From Cyanidioschyzon merolae (Eukaryota), in assembly GCA_000091205.1 (NCBI GenBank), contig AP006499.2: 64,000 bases of DNA. The stretch is one strand, 5' to 3'. Of the stretch, positions 23,307 through 34,200 are shown piece after piece. The first letter of the stretch is position 1; the number at the start of each line of letters is the position of its first letter. Made by a program: the position numbers and the translations under genes. A model generated the notes under the pieces. The model saw only the letters and a program-made list of their open reading frames with translations. It ran no database searches and had not been told where the DNA came from.

Positions 23307-23727
23307 TTGCTGCTGGCGCTGCCGCTGCCGCTGACGAAGATGATGACGAAGGGTGGCGCTTCGCGTCTCGGAACATGGACGCAAAGAAGGCCTTGTCGCG
23401 GCGATCCTGTTCGCGAAGAATGCGCTTCAGCTCCTGGTATTTGCGTTGCGCCGGTTCGTTCCGAGGTTCGAGTTCCAGGATTCGCCGCAAGTCGCTCGCT
23501 GCTTCGTCGTAGTCGGCGCGAGCGATGTACGCGCACGCTCGTCGATACAGCGCCTTGGTTTGGGCGCTTTCGCGCTCGAGCACCTTGTTGCAATGCTCTA
23601 TGACCTTGTCAGGGCGCCGGCGTTTCTCGTACACAGCGGCAAGGTTGAGCCATGCTGCCCGCATGAGTTCCGCAGCCTCTGCTTTGAGGTCAGCCGGCAG
23701 TTCTGCATCATGACTGCATGCATTCAC
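23287..23727 (-). CDS. TPR-repeat segment, possibly the 3' exon of the gene that also contains the Sm-like ORF at 23773-24318
   Basis: AWLNLAAVYEKRRRPDKVIEHCNKVLE...ALYRRACAYIARADYDEAASDLRRILELEP is a classic TPR. It lies 46 bp downstream of the Sm-like ORF on the same strand. Confidence 0.4.
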   Translation of the reverse strand: MNACSHDAELPADLKAEAAELMRAAWLNLAAVYEKRRRPDKVIEHCNKVLERESAQTKALYRRACAYIARADYDEAASDLRRILELEPRNEPAQRKYQELKRILREQDRRDKAFFASMFRDAKRHPSSSSSSAAAAAPAATMSSAS

Positions 23728-23772
23728 AATAAAATCATAATGGGGCTCGGCTCGATCGTAGCGTTGCTCTTT

Positions 23773-24318
23773 CTAAAGTTTGTTACCGATTTCCTTGTGG
23801 CGTCTGGTGGCCTCAATTTTCTCCTGTGGCGACATTTCATAGCCGTGCTTGCCGTTCGTGAAACCGCAAAGCTTCACGTGATAGCTTTTCGGCAACTCGC
23901 TCTCTGGCGTTGCTGGATCAGCGTACTGCTTGCTATGGATGGTGACAACCGCCTCCGCGCATTTCTTCATTTTCGCGAGCGCCATCTCGAGGCCCGTGCA
24001 AGCCATACTGCCGTCGCCGAGCCTGACCTCTTTTCGCTGGGTTGGCATCCCCAGCGACCGAACGAGGACGACGTTTTCGCCTTTGAGGAGGATCGTCCCT
24101 AGAGCAACCGTCCGCCGCTTATGCTTTGCAGTACTTCCCCACTGCTCCACGGTGTCGACCAGAACTAGATTGGTGTGTTCGTCGAAGCCGCGCAAGGTGC
24201 CTTCCAGAGAGTATCTGGTGTTTTCGAATAACCAGACCTCAACGCGGGCTTGTTGGCGCGCCAGCGTTGCTAACAACTGCTCTGGAACTATCCGTCTGTC
24301 CAGAGCGTCCTTCGGCAT
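23773..24318 (-). CDS. Sm-like (LSm) domain protein
   Basis: ATG confirmed. The N-terminal roughly 90 aa have an Sm fold signature (VEVWLFENTRYSLEGTLRGFDEHTNLVLVDTVEQ...LGTILLKGENVVLV). Confidence 0.5.
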   Translation of the reverse strand: MPKDALDRRIVPEQLLATLARQQARVEVWLFENTRYSLEGTLRGFDEHTNLVLVDTVEQWGSTAKHKRRTVALGTILLKGENVVLVRSLGMPTQRKEVRLGDGSMACTGLEMALAKMKKCAEAVVTIHSKQYADPATPESELPKSYHVKLCGFTNGKHGYEMSPQEKIEATRRHKEIGNKL

Positions 24319-25259
24319 CTATGTTCACCACTTAAGTTGGCTGCAGGCGTGCAACCAGGAGATTGTACCTGCTTTTCACGGTTTGCTCGGGAGCATATAA
24401 CAGCGCGAATGCCGGAGCGAACAACGTTACGTCAGTGCAGCAAACCCGTTTCGCAACAATATCGTGTACATGAATATCCACCCGCAGACGTCTCTCAGCC
24501 TTTTCTTACAGGTTTCTGGTATCGGTTTCAGTTTCTCCATATACACCCCGACGCTGTGAGGCTGCCCAACAAAGTTAGCTTGCCGCAGCGCTGCGTGCCT
24601 CGTATTCAGCACAAGCATCTCCTGATATTGATACCAGCGTTGAGGTCTCGGTTCATGGACTCCATGCGTTTGTTGCCGCTGGTTGATCTCACCAATGATA
24701 GGAGACCACGAACTCGTGTACGCTGTGCCATTGGGTGCTCTGTCAGCTCTTCGTGCTGATTTGTCGACGAAATGCTCCGCTGGCCTCGCTCCAACTCAAC
24801 GTCCTAGGGTGTATATTCCAGCTCGTCCCTTAGATTTTTCGAAAATGAACGCACTTGTTTATAGCCTGAGATGACGACCTTCCCGCATCGAGCAGCACAT
24901 GCGGAATAAAGACCAAATGTGCCCCGGTTGGTCACCATGTGCTGAACGCTTCATCAATTCGCCCGGTGGAGCGGTCGTGACGATTCAGGACGCAAAACTC
25001 TCCTTCTATGGGGATGAAACACAGTTGAGAAGAAGGAATGAAACCAGCTCTACCCGTCGATAGAATTGGCAAGCGCTCGAACTGAAGCAGAACGGCTAAA
25101 TACCACTATGTCCAATAGAAGGACTTCACCAGGCGTTTGGGACAAGTCTTCAATGACTCGACAAAAAGAGGGCGCTGCTGCATGAGTGTTCTCTTCAGCG
25201 GAACTGAGGCAGCCAAATGAATCCACCGCAGCTAGAACAGATGATGATGTCGACGTTCT

Positions 25260-25868
25260 CTACGATTTCGAGCGTACGAGCAACGGGCTCCCGCTCAGCA
25301 AGTATTCATCTGCGCTGCGATTGTCTCGTTTGAAGCAAGTCTCATCGAGTGAGAAAACAAACTGATGTTCCTGTGCTTCATACCGATCGCGACGTTCCAG
25401 GAACGCCGTGCCTGCGATTTCGGTGGAAGCTGGCCGTGAATGAACTAGCACTTTATTGCGATTGGATCCCGGTGTTTTCAGGATCACTCGAATAAGCTGT
25501 TGAGAAACAGAGACGCCCGTGGTGGCTACTATGGACGCATTTGCTTCCCGTAAATTGATCAACTGGTCGTTTTCTATCACTGAGTGCAGGCAGGCTTTGA
25601 GAATATCAGGTTTCGGCCCGGAGCGCATATACTTGTTTCTTTCAGTGCTCGTCAAGCATCTGAGTATAGTGGTATGATTGACATCGAGGAGCAATGCAAT
25701 CATCATTGCATTGTTCAGTGAAGAATACATATGCCGTATGCAATTCGTCGACAATCTATACAATACATTACCTAGTGATTTCGTCCTCCTCCTATACACC
25801 GTAGCCGCGATGAAACAAAATTGAGTTGAAAGACTCTCAACAGAAGCGCCTCTACGTCGTAACAGCAT
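25260..25868 (-). mobile_element. Degenerate Tc1/mariner-superfamily transposase fragment (HTH region plus the start of the DDE domain)
   Basis: 202-aa ORF in a locally lower-GC stretch. VSVSQQLIRVILKTPGSNRNKVLV is HTH-like. EAQEHQFVFSLDETCFKRDNRSADEYLL matches the W..VLFSDE(S/T)KF......YVRR block that starts Tc1/mariner DDE domains. It is truncated and I saw no TIRs. Confidence 0.35.
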
Positions 25869-26338
25869 CTGGTACTCGAAATTCTAACGCAGCCGCGTAC
25901 CAGCAGCGGATCGAGACGGTGAACGGACGCATCAGCGCATACCTCTATGAATGGCATTCGCCTCTACCAGATACCCAGCATGCCTGCGATCGATGCGAAC
26001 AGGCATCGAAGTGCCCTTGGTACCCAAGTTTTGCCGTCCGAGCATGCCTTCCTCGAAGACGCACCTTGCATCGATCCTCAGATCGTCGAAAACGACACCA
26101 AACATGCTTCTGCACAGCGTCCTGTCGTACAAGCGCACTATGTAGGCGTTTGTTTTCAGCGCGGTGCTGTCTGACGCTTGGACTGCACGAGTGTAGATGC
26201 TACCGCTCCCGACCACGTCCATGGCACCTGATAGCTGACGAGCAGGTTCCGCTGCGACTCCAAGCCCGGTCATTGGCAAGCACACGAGTCGCGCTCAACC
26301 TGCAGAGCGCTGTGTCGATCGTCGATGCTGCCCTTGGT

Positions 26339-28225
26339 CTAACGATTCAGAGTGGCAGTGTTGACAGCAGGCACGCGCCGCTGACGCACAGCTCGAGGAT
26401 CGCTTCGATTCGAGACCACGGCGACAATACGTGACCATTTCAGCGCACCGAATGCGACTTCTCCGGCACTGGCGTGCAGCTCAACTAGGCGTCGTGCAAC
26501 GCGCATCTTAGCTTCCAGGACCTCGAGAGAAGCGTCCGTCGGGTCGCAGAGCCATTCCACAAAGTCCGCCATACTAGCCAACGCGACAACTCCGATTCTC
26601 GACAGACTTAGCGCAGCGAATACCGCCGCAGCAGCGAGCCGCTCTTCTTCCGAAGGATGCCGTGCACAGTCCAGGACAATGGGCAGTGCATTCGTGAACG
26701 CCTTGACGGCATCCGCATCCCTGATCGCATCAGTGAACAGATGCAGCACCCTTTGCTGCCGAAATTCGAGGTCGGATTCGGAGGCTCCGTACCCTGAGAC
26801 GGCTGCTGATGAAAGCGGCTCGTCGAGACCTGCCAGGAACACACTCAAAGCACGCAAGGAGGCCACTCGAATATCGCACACGCTCGCCGTATGAATGAAA
26901 CGAAGCGTTAGTTTCAAGGTGTCAACGTCCGCAAGCAGCACGTCCATGCCGCGTTCACAGAGCCCCAGAGCGCCTACCGCGGAGATCAGATGCACCAGCA
27001 GCGTCGTCCGACGAACTTGATCAAGTTGTACGGACCAGTGTGCTGTCTCAGTCTCGCCATCTACCACGTGAACCAAGAGAAAGCGCCCAAGAATCTCTAC
27101 GAGATTGGCGTCCATCCAAGCGTGGAAGGCGCAACGGCTGGACCCGGCACTGGTGCGCACGAACCTCAGAATCCCACACATCCAAATAAACCAGCGTTCC
27201 GCCAAGTCGCTCGAGGCAGGCTCGTCTGGCGCCAACAAATGGGCAAGGTGTTGGCGTAGCAGCACATCGAATACCGAAATTTGGTCGAGCAACTCGGCTG
27301 CTATTGCACTGCGTTGCATAAAAGCCCCAAGCACATCCAGCAAGTTCAAGCGGAGTAGCAAGTCCTCATCCAAACGAACAGGAGCTGCGATTTTGGCTAC
27401 AAGCACGGTTGGCAACAGCCGACGTGCGGCAATCTCTGCAACAGACGAGTAGTCGCAGATCTCAAGCAGCAAGCTCAAGGCTCGGATATGCGCAACCGCA
27501 CCCGCTGCACCCGAGAGCATCTCCTGTACGAGGATTTGCGCGCCTCGTGCTTCGCTGAAGAGCACAACTGCGCCGCGGAACGGCTTCAGCTGTACCAGGT
27601 TCTTCAGGATTTTTTCACAAAGTCCCGCAGCTTCGGTGGATGGATCATCACGGAAGCTCAGCAGCACCAGTGACAGGATATCGCTGGCGTGCTGTGCAGT
27701 TGTGCTGGGAGCGTTCACTTCTGGACCTGGCGCTTGTGCGGCCTCTATCTCCGGACGAAGCTCGTTCGTACTTTCAAAACGTTCGATAATGGTGTCTGCA
27801 ACTTGCTGACAAAACGCTTCAGGCAAGTCATTCCGTTCAAGAAGGAGACAAAGCAGACGAAGCGCAGCTGTGCGTACCAGCGGGTACCGGCTGCTCAGAC
27901 CGAGCTGGATGAGCTGGAGCACCTGCTCTATAGGTACGAGGTGACGCACTCGGGCACTTGTTGCAGAAAGCTTGACCAGTTTCTCCATTGTTTTCGTTAA
28001 TACCCGGATGGAATCAAATATGTTGTCAGAAGGTACCGCGTCGCTGTCTGAAGCCTCGAGCGACGCCCGCACCGCGTACTCCTCCAGTGTCCAGCCCAGC
28101 AGCGGTAACGGCAAACGCTCCAGCAAGTCCAGTGCCGCACACTCCGACAGTGCTCCAGCGTCTACATATTCCCTCACTGTATCCAATACTTTATCGGGAG
28201 TCCAGTCATTGTGGTGAGCGTTCAT
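26339..28225 (-). CDS. Armadillo/HEAT-type helical repeat protein (hypothetical)
   Basis: 628-aa ATG-initiated ORF (cat at 28223-28225). Leu-rich amphipathic repeats throughout, with no catalytic motifs. Confidence 0.45.
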   Translation of the reverse strand: MNAHHNDWTPDKVLDTVREYVDAGALSECAALDLLERLPLPLLGWTLEEYAVRASLEASDSDAVPSDNIFDSIRVLTKTMEKLVKLSATSARVRHLVPIEQVLQLIQLGLSSRYPLVRTAALRLLCLLLERNDLPEAFCQQVADTIIERFESTNELRPEIEAAQAPGPEVNAPSTTAQHASDILSLVLLSFRDDPSTEAAGLCEKILKNLVQLKPFRGAVVLFSEARGAQILVQEMLSGAAGAVAHIRALSLLLEICDYSSVAEIAARRLLPTVLVAKIAAPVRLDEDLLLRLNLLDVLGAFMQRSAIAAELLDQISVFDVLLRQHLAHLLAPDEPASSDLAERWFIWMCGILRFVRTSAGSSRCAFHAWMDANLVEILGRFLLVHVVDGETETAHWSVQLDQVRRTTLLVHLISAVGALGLCERGMDVLLADVDTLKLTLRFIHTASVCDIRVASLRALSVFLAGLDEPLSSAAVSGYGASESDLEFRQQRVLHLFTDAIRDADAVKAFTNALPIVLDCARHPSEEERLAAAAVFAALSLSRIGVVALASMADFVEWLCDPTDASLEVLEAKMRVARRLVELHASAGEVAFGALKWSRIVAVVSNRSDPRAVRQRRVPAVNTATLNR

Positions 28226-28471
28226 TCAGCAACAGGTTATCACGCTTTGAGATAGACATATCCAGAAGCAATCTCCTGATCGGCGGCGGGGCGCAGGTCA
28301 GCCGCTGCGCGTGCACGCGCACCTGGCAGATCCGGCGGGCACGAGACACGACGCTCTGGTCGCTCCTGAGGGGAACAGTGATCCTGATCATTGGCGTGCT
28401 ATTCTACTGTAAAAGTTGTATTCGCGTTGAGGTCGTAGCAAAGTATAGGTTTTCTGTTCCATCCTATTCCG

Positions 28472-30876
28472 ACCCTCAATTGAGTATATTCAAGTGTTTT
28501 TTCGAAGTATATAACAGAAGCGTTCAAAGAGCGTTCGTTTTCAAAAAAAATTAAAAGGAAAGTCATGGAAATGGAAGTGGAGGATCCCGGAGGGCCGATA
28601 TCGCCGGCTGTCGGAAAAGAAGGATAAACATGGCGGAGCAAAGAGGAACAGGAATTGATGAAGAATCAAAAGGGGGCGAGGTTCTAGGTCGAAGGCGGCA
28701 AGAAAGGCAACTGTACAACGAGATAGTGGTGAAAGCCTGTGTTCTTAAATATATCAAGGATCCGTAGAAGGAAAAGTTGCGGGACGCCATCAAAAACCGT
28801 CTCGAGTCGTACTCCATGAGTATTATAAAGGCTTCTTCAGGACCGACGCATTTGGTGAGGGAGATGTATCGCTACGTGACGAACATGGAAACGGTCGGGA
28901 TTCCGGACGAGTTTTTCGATAACACATTTTTTCGTCACTTGATGCTTGGCACAGGGGAAGAGCGGAAGGATATAAGAGCCAGTGCATGCCCTTCACGAAC
29001 AACATCCCTTTTAGAGGTTCGAGGGTAATCGAAACAAGGGGGCAGGGGTATTTACGACTATGGGGCGATGAAGTACATCACGAACCTGAAGAACCATTTG
29101 ACAACGAACCTCGAACGTTTCATGATACGCGCCGTGTTTGCACTCTACCGGGGCCTGTCTCGCAAAGGAATATGGGCGATTATCAATGGCATCATGAACG
29201 ATCGAAACTATGGAAATGAGGTCGAATTCGTTGACAAGAAGGAGTCAAACCAGAGCACGAATGAGGATTCTGTAATCCGTGCGGCTATTAAAGAGCATCG
29301 TGCGGTCTTGGGGTTGGCGAATCCAGCAGAAAAGATATCAGCGTTGAAAAAAGATAGGGAAAGATACGATCGCCTCATTCTGCGCTATTCTGTGTTTCTG
29401 GACCGAGAGCTCGAACGCAAAGCGGAGATGAAGCTGAGTGAAGAGACAAAGGAAGAGTGGGAGAGACGGAAGGCTTTCCGAATGGGTAAGCGCTTCGACG
29501 TGGTTCCAATGTGCAAGATCAAGTCACATTTTATGACTATCGACTCCGGCCTCTTTTACGGCATCATGAAGGAGATCTGTCCGGAGTTCGATGTAAGGAA
29601 GACAGAGTTCCCCGGTGAAAACCGTGAGACGTACTGGAAGAATATCTTCGATTTCAAACGTCTCAAAGTCAGCAAACAAAAGGTATTCACTGGGTTGATC
29701 GAAACCGATGGAGTAGCCACGTGTGTACAATATCGGCGCTTGAAGAAAAATCGTCCAGTTCCGCCCTCGGCTTCGCCCGTTACGAAGCATGAAGATGAGA
29801 AGGAGTCGGATCCAGCGATGCAGGAGGTAGAGGATAACGACCTAGTCGTTGACGCGGAGAAGCATGAAGATGAGACGGATGCGGATCCTGCGATGCAGAA
29901 AGTGCAGGGTAACGACTTTGTCGTTGGCGCGGATCCCGGAAACACAATATCATCACCATCGCAGTACCCAAGCATGCGAAAGATGATATCAACGGCAAAT
30001 TATTCCAGAGCGACATGCGTCGGTTGAGGTCCTCTAGAGCAAGATAATATCGAAAAAAGTCGGGAATCATGAATGCAAGAAAGAAAATCGAGACGTAGAA
30101 TGCAGGAATGAAAGGGCACCTGGAAGCTTTGAGCGAGGTGACGAGCCGCAGAGCGGACTTTCAAGCTTTTCCGGAATTCATGGAAGTTCGTGTTGCTCAT
30201 TGGGAGGCGCTGTGGAAAGAACATACAAAGCCTCGGTGAGCTCGATTGCGTATGAACCTATACGGTGGGAGGCAGCGGGCGTTTGCCAACTTTTTCAATC
30301 ATTTGAGCGCCCTCTAAGAGATTGAAAGTCAGAGGCCCGTAGTAGCTTATGCAACAGGGCGCTGAGCGCCCAAAAAAGTACGTACACCAGCTCCAACGAC
30401 GAGAGCGTACAAAGAGTGTGCAAGGCGTTACGTAACGATACCGATAGATGAGTTCCGAACAGCGTATGTGCATTATGAACTGGGGTGCGTACTTCAGACG
30501 GTCGAAATGGAAAAATGCCAACGGAGTCCTGAAGACATAGCAAAGTACGGGCCGCTGACCGAAGAGCAAATGGGAAGGAGAGCGAAAGTTCGAGGACCAC
30601 TTTCATCAGTAAGTACAACCAATGATGGCAAGACGCGTATGGAGTTTGTGAATCGTGACTTTAACGCCGCTATCAATATACGGAAGTGCGCGGTGCTGGA
30701 GAGAAGGCGTCCACAGCTGACACGAGAGCGCTTTGTTGGACAATTACTCAAAGCCGAACTATATGAGAAACAGTTGGAAGCAGTAGTAGGTGGCCGTTCC
30801 AAAAAGACCGGGAGACTTCTGCGCATCAGTTGTAGACGTTTCGTCTAGGGCGGGTTTCTCGCCACTACTGTGCACC
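28472..30876 (+). mobile_element. Fanzor/TnpB-like (IS200/IS605 OMEGA-family) element, copy 1, heavily decayed
   Basis: Homologous end-to-end to 60867-63189 at roughly 80 % nt identity. It encodes the Fanzor N-terminal region, RuvC-I (VVGADPG), a zinc-finger-like segment (YVHYELGCVLQTVEMEKC) and RuvC-III (MEFVNRDFNAAINIRKCAV). Left-end motif: GTGTTTTTTCGAAGTATATAACAGAAGCGTTC. Right-end block: GCCACTACTGTGCAC. Confidence 0.65.
28565..30848 (+). pseudogene. Fanzor (eukaryotic TnpB-like RNA-guided nuclease) pseudogene, copy 1
   Basis: The reading frame is split into pieces at 28565-, 28777-29028, 29068-30027 and 30468-30848. Relative to copy 2 it has a roughly 110-bp internal deletion, a 69-nt tandem duplication ([12 protein letters not shown]...), a 1-nt deletion just after GADPG, an in-frame TAG (ctctagag vs ctcgagag) and a TGA in the last segment. 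Confidence 0.6.
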
Positions 30877-31202
30877 GTTGGCAGGAACGCTTTTCTTTGG
30901 AAAGGCGTTTGATGGTGTACACGGATGCGTGCATGCGTGCGTGCATGCGTGCGCAACATCCCGCTCACAGTGAATACGCACAAAGCATTGTCGTTGTTCG
31001 CCGTGCAGTGCCGAGAATGCTGCACCGCTGCAACAGCAGTGCGCGTCTCTTGGCACTGCTAAGCGCGCTTCGCCTGCATGTCGCCCATACACCGTCGTTA
31101 CGGACCCAGCGACTGCATCATGGGCGCTGCATTAGTGGCAAACCATCGGTGTCTGGTTCACCGCCAGGAAAGCAGAGTCACCCGCGCCTGCATGGGTGGC
31201 GT

Positions 31203-34200
31203 CTAGCGTCGACTTGCGGTCGCCGGCGATGCTTCGGTTGCCGCCAGCTGACGAAGCGCCTGCAACGGGCCCTGCATACGCACCCCATGGCGCTCCACAC
31301 GGTCCGAGTCCGGAAAGAACGACAGAAAATGACGCAGCTGACCGTACCAAAACTTGACAAGCGGCGCGAGCGCTTCCGCGACCGTCTCATCATCCCGAAT
31401 ATACACCTGAAACACATCCCATTTGAAGATGTAACTGTAGCAGGTGAGCGCCAGTTGCAAAACCGTATCGCTCTGATCGCGCAGGGCGTAAAACACCAAC
31501 TCATCCGTGCAGTAGTGTGCCTCGAAGAGCAACGCTGCGTACGCAATGGTGGCGCCCGCCGCCCCGCCAACGACACCAGTTGCGCGGCGGACGCGCTCGA
31601 GCCAGACGATCAGCGGTTCGCGCTCGTCGCGATCCTGGCCGTGCTGTCGAGCGCGAAGGCGATGCACCAGGTCGCCGGCACCGCGCTCGCTTGCCGTTAC
31701 CGCCAGATGCATAGAATCGGTCCCGGCACCGGGGGTTCTCGGACGCTGGTACGGCGCCCAGAATGCCGCAAATTGGCAGAGGAAGCGACTGACCGTCTGT
31801 TCCAGCACATAGACGCGCGTTCGCGGCGGCGCAGCACTGAATTCGGGCACGGCGCTGCCGCTGCCGCTACCGCCACCAACATGCAAACGCAGCCGAATCC
31901 AGAAAAATTCACGGGGGCGTCTTCGGTTGTAGATGGAGCAGTGTTCTTCGATGTATTTCTCCGAGGGTGCTTGCTCGGCTACCACACTGAGCCGTGGCTC
32001 GATGGACAGCGTTCCTGGTTGTACCTCCGTGACCGCAAAGAACAGCGCCGAGGAGCGCAGCTCATACAAGTGATGAACTCCCGGTACCAGCGTTTCGATG
32101 AAAAGCTGCATGCTGGGCATCGGTTGCCACGCCAGATTCGGCACAGTGAATGAAACGTCGTTCGTTGAGACGCGAAGCTCCGGCGCATGGCACGCACATC
32201 GAATCTCGATGCACTCCTCGAAGTCTCGCACCAGGCGACAACTCACATAGAGATGGAACGTCCGCGTCACTACACTGCCGCAGAGCTGATCAGTCTCCGT
32301 CGATTCCGGTTCGGGTCGCAAGTACAGAAATACTCGGCGAGAGGAGGCTTTTTCAACCCAGACGCTGGTGACCTTGCGCAGCGCCAGATTGCTGGTGCTG
32401 AAGTGCAATTCGCTCCGAGATTGCGGATCCAGATCGTGGCGCAAGAGGAACTCCAGCGGCTGATCGCTCAAGTTTCGAATGCGTATCGACTTGTTTCGAT
32501 AGACGTGGTGCAACATGACGGCACCATAGTCGATCTCTCGTGGACTGGTCTCGAAGATCGTCGACGCATCAGCTCGCTCGGCGACGACTTCCATGCGAAC
32601 GCGCAAGAGCGCCAAGTTCGCTGGCGATTGGCGATCCGTGAATAACAAATACTCCTGGAAGAACCCCAAAGACTCCGGTTTCATGGTCAAGCAAATCGTC
32701 TGGCTGGGTCGTGTCCGTTCGAGAATACCACCCATGCGATCGAGCGCGAACCATTCGGTCGATTCCGGACGCGCACGCCGCCAGTGCGTCGGGACGCGAT
32801 GAATCTTGTACTCGAGAACGTGCTCAGCAGTTGATGCGCTCGCCTCGCTCTCAGACTCGGGATCTACCGATGTGGATACAGGCATGCATCGTTGCAGCGG
32901 ACGCTGCACGATGATGATTGTCCGTTGAATCGCTTGGCTCCCGAGTGGTACAACACCAGCGTCGAGTTCGTAGAGGTGCTCACCAATGTCAGCACAGCCG
33001 TGGAGACCGAATGTGCGCGGGCCCCGCTGTGGTGCTGTTTCGTCTGCGTCCACGCAGGTGGTGGTGGTGGCGGCGGCGGCTGCGGCGAAGACGTCGCCAT
33101 GGGTCTCCGAATCATCGATCGCGGCCATTGGCTGCTCTGGTGCTGATAACGTATCCTTCGGATGCAAGCCGGGAGCAGTTGCAGCGTCGGAGGCCTCAGC
33201 GCTAAACGAAGCGCTGACCGGCTCTTGCTCGACACCGGCTTGCGCTGCTGCGCCAGTCGTGCACGAACTCGTCGCCAAAGTCGCAGCAGTCATGTCAGAC
33301 TGCGGACTCGTCGCCAATGGCAGGCGCTCGGGGTGCCCCACGCGAGGCGCCGCAGCTTGTCGCTCACCGACGACAACCGGTTCCAGTGCCGCGGCGTCCG
33401 TGCGGGATTCGTGCGGCTCCTCTGCCGCCGCCAGTGGCACCGGTGACTGCTGCACACGATCATCGCGCGTTTGCAAGTCGTCCCGATTGGACGCTTCTCG
33501 TGCCTCGGATTGTGACGAGGCTCGCGTGTCGCTCATCATCATCATCATCATCATCGACGTTGTCGGTGGCGGTGGCGGTGCATCGGAAGTATCCGCGGGC
33601 ACCATGACCTGTTGCATCGGCAGTGACCGCTTTCCTTGGTACACCGGGATGCGCTCCAGAGGGCCCGCCTCGGCGTCCTGTTTTCGTCGCAGAGCTAACT
33701 CAATCCAGGCGATCGGCTCCGAGTCGATGCCCAGATCCAGGCTTGGTGCTGCCGCAGCGGCCTCCGCGCCTCCGACCGAACAGCCCGCAACACGTTCATG
33801 CTCGGTTTCTTTGGGCGTCGCCACTACCGCCAGTTCGAACTTTTCACCACTGGCGAGCGTTAGCGAACGTAACGTCGCTGAACTGGCACGATCTTGGAGC
33901 ACAAGGTCTCGATAGGGCCCGGTAGGTACCACGCTTGTCTGCCAAGTGACCTGAACATCACCACGAGCAGCCTCGGGAATGCTGATCGCCAACGTGCCGT
34001 GGCCTTGCTCATTGAGCAGTACCGGACTCGATTCCTGTATCAAGCGAACGGAGAACTGACCAACAATGCGGAGTTCCAGGTGCTCTTGCGGTTGCCAGAC
34101 GTTCTCAATTGTCACCAGGAGCTCAAATGGACCAGCTCCCAGCGATAGCGCCGCTGGCCGCACCACGAGTGGTACCCAGACTTGCTCACCGGGCTCAAGT

